A stretch of 32,000 nucleotides of DNA from Pyrodictium abyssi (GTDB lineage Archaea > Thermoproteota > Thermoprotei_A > Sulfolobales > Pyrodictiaceae). The DNA is taken from contig NZ_AP028907.1 of NCBI RefSeq assembly GCF_036323395.1, positions 2,070,001-2,102,000 on the forward strand. Direction: 5' to 3'. The notes beneath the pieces were generated by a model, which made no database searches, was not told the origin of the DNA, and saw only the letters and a program-made list of their open reading frames with translations. Position numbers and translations under genes: made by a program. Below, piece by piece: positions 8,316 through 14,926 of this stretch. The first letter of the stretch is position 1. Every line of letters starts with the position of its first letter.

Positions 8316-10247
8316 TCACCCGGCTGTGAGTATCTTCACAGTCCGCGTCACCTTCACCCTCCTGCCGTCTTCGAGTCTCATCTCTACTGTCAGCTCGTAC
8401 ACCTCGTCGCCTCTGTACATGGCCTCTATGAGACCGGCGTAGCGCTCCTCGATGACCTTGCGGCGTAGCTTCCTGGTACGGGTCATCTCACCGTCGTCAG
8501 GGTGGAACTCCTTGAACAGGCTCACGAACCTCCTCACGCGTAGCTGCTCTGGCAGCCGGGAGTTGGCGCGGGCGACCTCGCGCTTCAGCAGCTCTAGCAC
8601 CTGGGGCTTCTGGCTCAAGTCGCTATAGCCGCTGAACGGTATGTTCCTCCTCTCAGCCCAGCGAGACACGGTCACGTAGTCTATGTTGAGCAGCGCCACC
8701 AGGTAGGGCCTGCCATGGCCTATTATCGCGGCCTCGGCTATGTAGGGGCTGAACTTTAGCTTGTTCTGCACTATCTGCGGCGCCACACGGGTGCCGTCGC
8801 TCAGCACGAGTATCTCCTTAGCACGGTCGTGTATCATTAGGTGCCCGTCCGGGGTCAGCTCGCCCACGTCGCCGGTGTGCAACCAGCCATCCGGGTCAAG
8901 GGTCTTCCTGGTAGCCTCCGGGTTCTGGTAGTAGCCCTTCATAACCGCGGGGCTGCGTAGCAGTATCTCGCCGTCCTCGGCTATCCTTATCTCCGTCTCG
9001 GGCAGCGGCTTGCCCACCGTGTCTAGCCTCACGTCGTCGTCCGGGTGGACCACAGCGATGCCCGCTATCTCGGTCTGGCCGTAGATCTGCTTCAGGTTCA
9101 CACCCAGCGCGTGGAAGTACCTAACGTAGTCGGGGCCGAGCATCGCGCCGCCGGTGTAGGCGCGCTTCACCCTCTTCAGCCCAGTCTTGTCCAGTATACC
9201 GCGGAGCGCTAGCCAGTACGCAAGGTACCAGGCTATCCTCCAGCCCAGGCTCGGCGCCCGGCGGCCGGGCCTCAGCCGGGACTCGGCAGCCCGCCAGCCG
9301 ATCCACATGGCTATCCTGTAGAACAGCTTCTTCACGGGGTCACTATCCTCCATCCTGGCCATGACGTCCTTGGCTATCCTCTCCCATATCCTGGGCGGCG
9401 CGAAGAGGAAGTGCGGCGCTATCTCGCGGAAGTCCCTCCAGAACGTCTCCGGGCTCTCGGGGAAGTTCACCCGGAACCCCGCTATGAAGTGTAGCGCTAT
9501 GCTCATCATCTGCTCTCCTACCCAGGCCGGCGGCAGGAACGACACGTACTCCCAGCTGGGGTCCACCGGGTCTAGCTGGTTCAGCTGATAAGCCATGGCC
9601 AGCAGGTTCCGGTGGGTCAGCATAGCCAGCTTAGGCTTCCCAGTCGTGCCACTGGTCGTGAAGAGCCCGGCCACGTCCCCGGGGTCTAGGTCGCCTGTGA
9701 GCTTGTCGTAGAGCCCAGGGCTCTGCCCCTCGAGGGCCTGCCCGGTCTTGACCAGGTCGCCGAAGGTTATGATTAGGTCTCCCAGCTTATCGCGGTACAT
9801 GTGGAGGCCCTTAGCCTCGTCAACCACTATCTTCTCGACCCGCGTCTTGTCTAGGACCTCGAGTACGCGGTCTAGCTGCTCCTGGCCCTCCACGAGCACT
9901 ATCCTGGCGTCGCTCTGCTGGAGGACATAGGCCACCTCGTCGCTCAGGCTATCCTTGTATATGCCCACGGTTGCGGCGCCGAGGCTCTGCACAGCAACCT
10001 CGTAGATGGGCCACGCGGGCCGGTTGCCCATTATGAACGCGGCCTTGTCGCCCCTGCCTATGCCTAGGCTGTAGAGGCCTAGCGCGGTCCACCGGACTAG
10101 CCTGTAGTACTCGCTCCAGGTGAAGCGGCGCCACACACCGTACCGCTTCCAGCGGAACGCTGTCGCCTCGGGCCTCTCCCGGGCCCGGGCCTCTAGCAGC
10201 CAGGGGAACGTAGTGTCGTAGGGCCTAGCACCGTTGCCCTGGGTCAT
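8316..10247 (-). CDS. long-chain acyl-CoA synthetase (ANL superfamily, FAA1/FadD-like, 643 aa) embedded in the ABC operon
   Basis: Canonical AMP-binding motifs: TTSGTTGKPKLAMLTH, YGQTE, TGDVGELTPDGHLMIHDRAKE and TRKLRRK. ATG 10247 is preceded by GGAGGGTG, and it lies 7 nt downstream of the livG stop. Confidence 0.9.
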   Translation of the reverse strand: MTQGNGARPYDTTFPWLLEARARERPEATAFRWKRYGVWRRFTWSEYYRLVRWTALGLYSLGIGRGDKAAFIMGNRPAWPIYEVAVQSLGAATVGIYKDSLSDEVAYVLQQSDARIVLVEGQEQLDRVLEVLDKTRVEKIVVDEAKGLHMYRDKLGDLIITFGDLVKTGQALEGQSPGLYDKLTGDLDPGDVAGLFTTSGTTGKPKLAMLTHRNLLAMAYQLNQLDPVDPSWEYVSFLPPAWVGEQMMSIALHFIAGFRVNFPESPETFWRDFREIAPHFLFAPPRIWERIAKDVMARMEDSDPVKKLFYRIAMWIGWRAAESRLRPGRRAPSLGWRIAWYLAYWLALRGILDKTGLKRVKRAYTGGAMLGPDYVRYFHALGVNLKQIYGQTEIAGIAVVHPDDDVRLDTVGKPLPETEIRIAEDGEILLRSPAVMKGYYQNPEATRKTLDPDGWLHTGDVGELTPDGHLMIHDRAKEILVLSDGTRVAPQIVQNKLKFSPYIAEAAIIGHGRPYLVALLNIDYVTVSRWAERRNIPFSGYSDLSQKPQVLELLKREVARANSRLPEQLRVRRFVSLFKEFHPDDGEMTRTRKLRRKVIEERYAGLIEAMYRGDEVYELTVEMRLEDGRRVKVTRTVKILTAG

Positions 10248-10254
10248 GGCCGGG

Positions 10255-11208
10255 TCACCCTCCTATGTAGGCTTCTATCACGCGTGGGTCGTTGGCCACC
10301 TTGTGCGGCGGCCCCTCGGCTATGACGCGGCCAGAGTCCATGACAACCACGTTGTCGCAGAGATCCATCACAACCTCTAGGTCGTGCTCCACGAGCACGA
10401 AGGAGATGCCTCGGGTCTCGTTGACCTCCACTATGGCGCGCGCTAGGTCCTCCTTCTCCTCCCTGCTGAGGCCCGCCATAGGCTCGTCCATCAGCACTAC
10501 CTTCGGGTCCTGGGCGAGCGCTCTCGCCAGGTCTACGCGCTTCTGCACACCGGGAGGCAGGCCCTCGACAATCTGGTCCCGGTACTCGTGGAGCTCGAGG
10601 AGGTCGATAGCCCTCTCAGCCTTCTCCCTCGCCCACTCCTCCCAGCGCTGGGCCCGGCGGGTCCAGAACGCGGCGTCTACTATGCTGTAGCGCCTCCACG
10701 GCTCGAGGCCCGTCATGATGTTCTCGGCTACCGTCATGTGCTTGAATAGCTCGCTGTGCTGGAAGGTCCTGGCTAGCCCTAGCTTGGCCCTCGCGTGGGG
10801 CGGGAGCCGGGTGATATCCCTGCCCTCGAACACTACTCTACCGCTCTTCGGCTTGTAGAACCCGGAGACTACGTTCAGGAGGCTGGTCTTGCCCGCCCCG
10901 TTGGGGCCTATTACGGCGAGAATCTCGCCGGGGCGTAGCCTAAAGCCCGCGTTGTCTACGGCTACTATGCCGCCGAACTCTACCCTTATGCCCTCTACTT
11001 CGAGGATGTATTCCAGCTTCCCGTGGGGCTTCTCTCTGTAGGTGCTGCTTTCCTCCCAGAGCGCTCTGTAATCGAACCTGCTCACCTCTATGCGGGGCGC
11101 GTTAGCTGCGAAGAACAAAACGCACCATCTCGCACACCTCCTGGAGTGGTCTTCAGTGTTCCCGGTAGCCCACCACTGTTCGCTACTCTTATTTAAACAC
11201 TCGCCCAA
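10255..11208 (-). CDS. livG: LIV-type ABC transporter ATP-binding protein (LivG-like); start uncertain
   Basis: Walker A GPNGAGKTS, signature-like LPPGVQKRVDLARAL, Walker B VVLMDEP and the C-terminal DPRVIEAYIGG motif typical of LivG. There is no in-frame ATG upstream of the ABC domain. TTG 11208 lies in the AT-rich promoter region, so a later start (for example GTG 11085) is more likely. Confidence 0.88.
   Translation of the reverse strand: MGECLNKSSEQWWATGNTEDHSRRCARWCVLFFAANAPRIEVSRFDYRALWEESSTYREKPHGKLEYILEVEGIRVEFGGIVAVDNAGFRLRPGEILAVIGPNGAGKTSLLNVVSGFYKPKSGRVVFEGRDITRLPPHARAKLGLARTFQHSELFKHMTVAENIMTGLEPWRRYSIVDAAFWTRRAQRWEEWAREKAERAIDLLELHEYRDQIVEGLPPGVQKRVDLARALAQDPKVVLMDEPMAGLSREEKEDLARAIVEVNETRGISFVLVEHDLEVVMDLCDNVVVMDSGRVIAEGPPHKVANDPRVIEAYIGG
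11102..11128 (-). other. SD-led 8-codon mini-ORF (MVRFVLRS) in the liv operon leader
   Basis: GGAGGTG (11135-11141), a 6-nt spacer and ATG 11128, with stop TAA at 11102-11104. It is out of frame with livG and ends 17 nt upstream of the candidate livG GTG 11085. Confidence 0.35.
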
Positions 11209-11260
11209 GACTTTAACCGGAGTTTAAACAGTATCTAGCACTATTTACATATATAAAATG
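11186..11260. promoter_or_regulatory. AT-rich divergent promoter region between the liv operon and the ANL ligase gene
   Basis: Repeated TTTAAAC/TTTAAAT boxes (ATTTAAACAC 11191-11200, AGTTTAAACA 11221-11230) and CTATTTACATATATAAAATG (11241-11260) sit in an otherwise GC-rich context. The orientation and assignment of each box are unresolved. Confidence 0.35.
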
Positions 11261-11388
11261 GGGGTGAGACCTTCCCGGCCGTAAAACATTCAAACACCCC
11301 AGACTAGCACACCGCCATACAGAGCCAGCCATAGACGAGGCGTAGTAGTCTCCCCTCCCGGAGAGGGCCACTCGATGGTGACACGGTT

Positions 11389-12834
11389 ATGGCGTGTGGC
11401 TACCCCGAGACGATGGTGGAGGCTCTCCTCTGCAGGCAAGGCGAGGCGGGCGAAAAGGAGGCGGTAGTGGACACGGAGGGCTACACACTGTCCTACGAGC
11501 AGCTACTCGCCCACGCCTCCCGCGCAGCCCGCCTGCTCTCCGAGCGCTACGGCCTCGGGGAGAACACCGTAGCCGCCGTAGCCCCGATAAACAAGGCTGA
11601 GGCCGTTATAGGCCTCTACGCTGTCTGGCTCACTGGGGCGGCAGCAGCGGTGCTCGACCCCCTGAGCCACAGCATGGACCTCGAGATGCAGCTACGCCAG
11701 GCAGAGCCCAGGCTCATGATAACCCACAAGGGGATGGAGGAAGCCCACTGCACGGTCGCGGAGAAGCTCGGAGCCCGCTGCATAGCGGCCGAGGACCTGG
11801 CCAGAGAGGCCGGGGACGGCGCCCCCTGGGAGGGCTACACCAGGCCACGGGCATGGGACACAGCAGTGATCTACTTCTACGCCGGGATAGCCGGCCGGAC
11901 ACTGCCAGTGCTCCACACCCACTCCGGGATAGCAGCGTCAGCGCACACCGTGGTAGCCCACTACGGCCTAGGGCCCGAAGACAGGGTGTTCGCCTCGGCG
12001 CCGATAAGCCACGCCCTAGGGCTACAAATATCCATGCTCTCCGCGCTCTATGCCGGAGGCACAGCGGTCCTCTACACGAAGAGGGGCCGCCTAAACCCAG
12101 CCCACGCCGCAGAGGCGCTAGCCTCAAGCCGGGCCTCCATGGTCCTGGGGGCGCCGGGCTTCTACCAGGCAATACTCCGTGCGGGCTACCGTGGCCACGA
12201 GGCGCTACGCTACGCGGTTAGCGCGGGCGCGCCACTGCCAAGGGAGACGCAAGAGGAGTGGATGAAGGCTACCGGGGTGGAGCTTCTACAGCTCTACGGC
12301 ATGACCGAGGCGGCGCCGCTCACTGCGACGCTTCCCGGCGACAACCCGCCCGGGAGCATAGGGAAGCCCATGCCCGGCGTTGAGGCGCGTCTCGCCGACC
12401 CTGGGAACCCGGAGAAGCCTGCCGAGGGCGCTGGGGAGCTCCTAGCCCGCGGCCCAATGGTGATGCGGGGCTACAGCGAGCCCGAGGAGACGAGGCGCGC
12501 GGTCCTGCCCGGCGGCTGGCTGCGCACCGGCGACATACTCGCGGTCGACGAGGAGGGCCACTTCTACTTCCGCGGCGTCCGCAAGAGGATGCTCAAGTAC
12601 AAGGGGTACCCGATATTCCCCAGGGACCTCGAGCTGATACTGGAGCAGCACCCTGCCGTCGCCCGCGCAGTGGTCGAGGGCGAGCCGGCTGGCGACCTCG
12701 GCCAGATACCGGTAGCCAGGGTGTGGCTTCGGCGCGGTGCTTCGGCGACAAGGGAGGAGCTGCTAAACTGGGTTAACAGCCGTGTAGCGAGCTATAAGCA
12801 GGTGCGGCGCCTAGAGATAGCAGGCGAGGAGTAG
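11389..12834 (+). CDS. ANL-superfamily acyl/aryl-CoA ligase-like protein with degenerate P-loop
   Basis: Motifs LYGMTEA, LRTGDILAVDEEGHFYFRGVRKRMLKYKGYPIFPRDLE and SYKQVRRLE identify the fold. The usual (S/T)SG(S/T)TGxPKG loop is replaced by YAGIAGRTLPV (nt 11872-11910). Confidence 0.85.
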   Translation: MACGYPETMVEALLCRQGEAGEKEAVVDTEGYTLSYEQLLAHASRAARLLSERYGLGENTVAAVAPINKAEAVIGLYAVWLTGAAAAVLDPLSHSMDLEMQLRQAEPRLMITHKGMEEAHCTVAEKLGARCIAAEDLAREAGDGAPWEGYTRPRAWDTAVIYFYAGIAGRTLPVLHTHSGIAASAHTVVAHYGLGPEDRVFASAPISHALGLQISMLSALYAGGTAVLYTKRGRLNPAHAAEALASSRASMVLGAPGFYQAILRAGYRGHEALRYAVSAGAPLPRETQEEWMKATGVELLQLYGMTEAAPLTATLPGDNPPGSIGKPMPGVEARLADPGNPEKPAEGAGELLARGPMVMRGYSEPEETRRAVLPGGWLRTGDILAVDEEGHFYFRGVRKRMLKYKGYPIFPRDLELILEQHPAVARAVVEGEPAGDLGQIPVARVWLRRGASATREELLNWVNSRVASYKQVRRLEIAGEE

Positions 12835-12930
12835 AGGCTAGCAGCCTCCTAGACCCTCGGCCATGTAGCTGGGAAACATAGATAAGTCTGGCGGGACGGG
12901 GAAGTATTACGAGCACCCTAGGGTGTTTAT

Positions 12931-13107
12931 ATGGTGAAAGAGAACCAGGTTTCGAGGGACAATAGACCTAAGTTCGTCCACGTACGGGGCATAGGGTTCT
13001 CGGCACTGATACCTCTAGAGAGCTACCAGAACGGCTTGCGCGAACTAGTAGAGTCCATATACGGTAAGGTGCGCGTGAAAGTAGTAGATATAGAAGAGAA
13101 GATATAG
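12931..13107 (+). CDS. 58-aa hypothetical protein (below the ORF-track length cutoff)
   Basis: ATG 12931 is preceded by AGGGTG and a 5-nt spacer. The translation is MVKENQVSRDNRPKFVHVRGIGFSALIPLESYQNGLRELVESIYGKVRVKVVDIEEKI, with balanced, non-low-complexity composition. It lies in a low-GC stretch and no family was recognised. Confidence 0.4.
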   Translation: MVKENQVSRDNRPKFVHVRGIGFSALIPLESYQNGLRELVESIYGKVRVKVVDIEEKI

Positions 13108-13114
13108 AAGAGAT
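13087..13114. repeat. 14-nt tandem duplication GATATAGAAGAGAA / GATATAGAAGAGAT
   Basis: Read directly from the sequence, with 13/14 identity. It spans the stop codon of the 58-aa ORF. Confidence 0.95.
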
Positions 13115-13118
13115 TACT

Positions 13119-13142
13119 GCTGCATAAGGTGCTGCATAAGGC
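13119..13142. repeat. 12-nt tandem duplication GCTGCATAAGGT / GCTGCATAAGGC
   Basis: Read directly from the sequence, with 11/12 identity. It is followed by a partial third unit (TGCT) and by the perfect palindrome CCCCTAGGGG at 13158-13167. Confidence 0.95.
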
Positions 13143-13177
13143 TGCTCCGGCGTGCAGCCCCTAGGGGGCCTACGCGT

Positions 13178-13513
13178 TTGGCCCACCGGTGCTGCCGCAG
13201 CGGGTACCCCGTCGAGGCATGCAGGATACTTGAGATGCTCCTTCGAGGGTACTACAGCTACTTCTCCCGCGACGTCCTGAATAGTGATGGCCGTAGACTC
13301 TTCGAGCGAATGGTGAAGCTGCTCCTCGACTCTAACCCGGGTCTACGTCGCCTGATATACCGTGTGAGACGCGACCCCACTATAGAGATGATTCTCCGGC
13401 TGGCTGAGGAGTTCTATAGCTGTAATGCCCGGCTCATGGTAGCCGAGTCTCTGGGGCTGCGGCAGCCCTACGCCTACAGGTTGTCGACCGCGGCTGGAGA
13501 CCACTACTACTAG
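13178..13513 (+). CDS. small helical protein with possible C-terminal helix-turn-helix
   Basis: 111-aa ORF from TTG 13178, or 92 aa from ATG 13235 (MLLRGYYSYFSRDV...). The C-terminal segment NARLMVAESLGLRQPYAYRL resembles an HTH recognition unit. No family was recognised. Confidence 0.5.
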   Translation: MAHRCCRSGYPVEACRILEMLLRGYYSYFSRDVLNSDGRRLFERMVKLLLDSNPGLRRLIYRVRRDPTIEMILRLAEEFYSCNARLMVAESLGLRQPYAYRLSTAAGDHYY

Positions 13514-13609
13514 GCGCGTCAGCGTGCCGAGTGCACAGGGTAGAGAATCCGGCTCTTCTGCATACTGGAGCCTAAAGCGCGTCCTTCGGGAGATGCCAAC
13601 AAGTATGGT

Positions 13610-13614
13610 AAAAA
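13610..13614 (-). terminator. oligo-T tract downstream of the Trp-rich ORF
   Basis: The minus strand reads CCATGTTTTTACC about 40 nt after the stop at 13655. Archaeal terminators are oligo-T tracts, but this is a single short tract. Confidence 0.25.
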
Positions 13615-13654
13615 CATGGAACGTGGTCGGGCCGGAGGCCTGTGCTACGGGGTG

Positions 13655-13978
13655 CTAGTCCTTCTTTCCACTGATGTCTTCCCGTCTATTCCACCATGAC
13701 CACCAGTATAGCCAGCGGCACCATCCTCTGCCTAGGAGCCAGCCGGGCCTCTGCCATGGTGGAAGGTGGCTCCACGGCCCGCGGCCCGGCCATGGGCCGG
13801 TTACCGACGCCTGGCGGCTAGCTTGCTCCTGCAGTGGCTCTGGCGGTAGCGGTGGCTGTTCTGCTCTGCCGGCCTGCTGTGCCTGAAGCCACCACCAGCC
13901 CCAGCTGCGCCCCCATCCTCTTCCGCGCTGCCAGCCTCCCATTCCCCATCTTCTTCCGCGTCCCCATCCCCATGGCAT
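13655..13978 (-). CDS. 107-aa Trp/Gly/Arg-rich low-complexity protein, unknown function
   Basis: ATG 13978 is preceded by a perfect GGAGGTG (13988-13994) with a 9-nt spacer. The 107 codons are open despite 19 TGG codons. The track GTG at 13990 lies inside the SD. The sequence is MPWGWGRGRRWGMGGWQRGRGWGRSWGWWW...GPWPGRGPWSHLPPWQRPGWLLGRGWCRWLYWWSWW... Confidence 0.6.
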   Translation of the reverse strand: MPWGWGRGRRWGMGGWQRGRGWGRSWGWWWLQAQQAGRAEQPPLPPEPLQEQASRQASVTGPWPGRGPWSHLPPWQRPGWLLGRGWCRWLYWWSWWNRREDISGKKD

Positions 13979-14164
13979 CTCGGTGTACACCTCCTACCAG
14001 AGCGCTCCAAACATTGCATGTAGCATACGCGCCTTGCATAAGCGTTTCTCCCGGCACGACAGCGCCCGGAATCAAGCCCCGGGGGCCGGGCGGCCCCGGG
14101 CTGCGGCAATGCTTACAGCACCGGGGGCTGTAGCAGGAACGAGTGGAGGAGGGGATGCAGCGGC

Positions 14165-14926
14165 ATGGGCAAGATAATAGTGGTGTTTGTGGGGCCTGCC
14201 GGCTGCGGTAAGTCGACACTAGTAGCGGCTTACTCCAAGTGGCTACGAGAGGGCGACGCAAGCGTCTACACGGTTAACATGGACCCGGCGGCGGAGACGC
14301 TGCCATACGAGCCTAGCCTAGACGTGAGGGGCATCGTGGACGCTAGGGAGGTCGCGCGGAAGTACGGGCTCGGCCCCAACGGGGCGCTCGTCAAGAGCAT
14401 GGAGCTCATAGCCGAGAGGCTAGAGGAGATAACATCCAGAGTAGCGGCTGCCGAAGCGGACTACGTGCTGGTGGACACGCCGGGCCAGATGGAGGTATTC
14501 CTCTTCCGCGACCTATCCTGGAGGCTCGCCGAGGCCCTCCGGGGGATCAGCCCCGAGAGCTACGCGGTATTCGTCCTAGACGCCTCGGTGATAAGGGACC
14601 CTGCGGACTACGCGTTCCTAGTAACCATGGCCACGGCGGTGCAGCTCCGCCTAGGGCTCGAGACGGCCCCCGTGCTCAACAAGATAGACCTAGCGCCAGG
14701 CCTGGAGATCACGGGCGACCTGCTACGCGACTTCGGCCGCGTCTCCCGCGCGCTACGCGAGTCCGGCAGCGTCTACGCCGAGATGCTACGCGAGATGCTG
14801 CGCGTACTGCTCAAGTACAACCGGCGCGTAGAGGTCCCCCAGGTCTCGGCGCTAAAAGGCGAGGGCATGGAGGAGCTACACCGCCTCGTGCTCGAGATGA
14901 GCTGCAGCTGCGGCGACCTCAGCTGA
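14165..14926 (+). CDS. GPN-loop GTPase
   Basis: Walker A GPAGCGKST, the diagnostic GPN motif (YGLGPNGAL), DTPGQME (G3) and NKID (G4). The ATG is preceded by GGAGGAGGGG. Confidence 0.9.
   Translation: MGKIIVVFVGPAGCGKSTLVAAYSKWLREGDASVYTVNMDPAAETLPYEPSLDVRGIVDAREVARKYGLGPNGALVKSMELIAERLEEITSRVAAAEADYVLVDTPGQMEVFLFRDLSWRLAEALRGISPESYAVFVLDASVIRDPADYAFLVTMATAVQLRLGLETAPVLNKIDLAPGLEITGDLLRDFGRVSRALRESGSVYAEMLREMLRVLLKYNRRVEVPQVSALKGEGMEELHRLVLEMSCSCGDLS

Noticed and set aside
13087-13145. Tandem repeats considered as a possible CRISPR array or minisatellite.
   Set aside because: There are only two copies of each unit. The units are 12-14 nt with no spacers, and no cas genes are nearby, so this is not a CRISPR array.
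12968-13186. A minus-strand 72-aa ORF with the repeats PYAAPYAA and ISSISS.
   Set aside because: The peptide repeats are simply the tandem DNA duplications read in antisense. There is no SD. It overlaps the better-supported plus-strand 58-aa ORF.
14080-14100. CCCCGGGG-type GC palindromes here and at 20891-20930, considered as a dispersed repeat (REP-like) family.
   Set aside because: They are short, self-complementary GC strings expected by chance in a GC-rich genome. I saw only a few copies and no shared flanking sequence.
13674-14261. Alternative ORFs around the Trp-rich gene (13674..13886 +, 13834..14133 +, 13801..14109 -, 13818..14261 -).
   Set aside because: None has an SD or a recognisable start context. 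They are mirror or off-frame products of the TGG/CCA-rich sequence. 13818..14261 would also overlap the GPN-GTPase start. I cannot fully exclude 13834..14133 without comparative data.
14919-14926. Convergent 3'-end overlaps (GPN GTPase/leuC by 8 nt; leuD/malic enzyme by 29 nt at 24269-24297).
   Set aside because: Such overlaps are common in compact archaeal genomes, and no additional signal was seen there.
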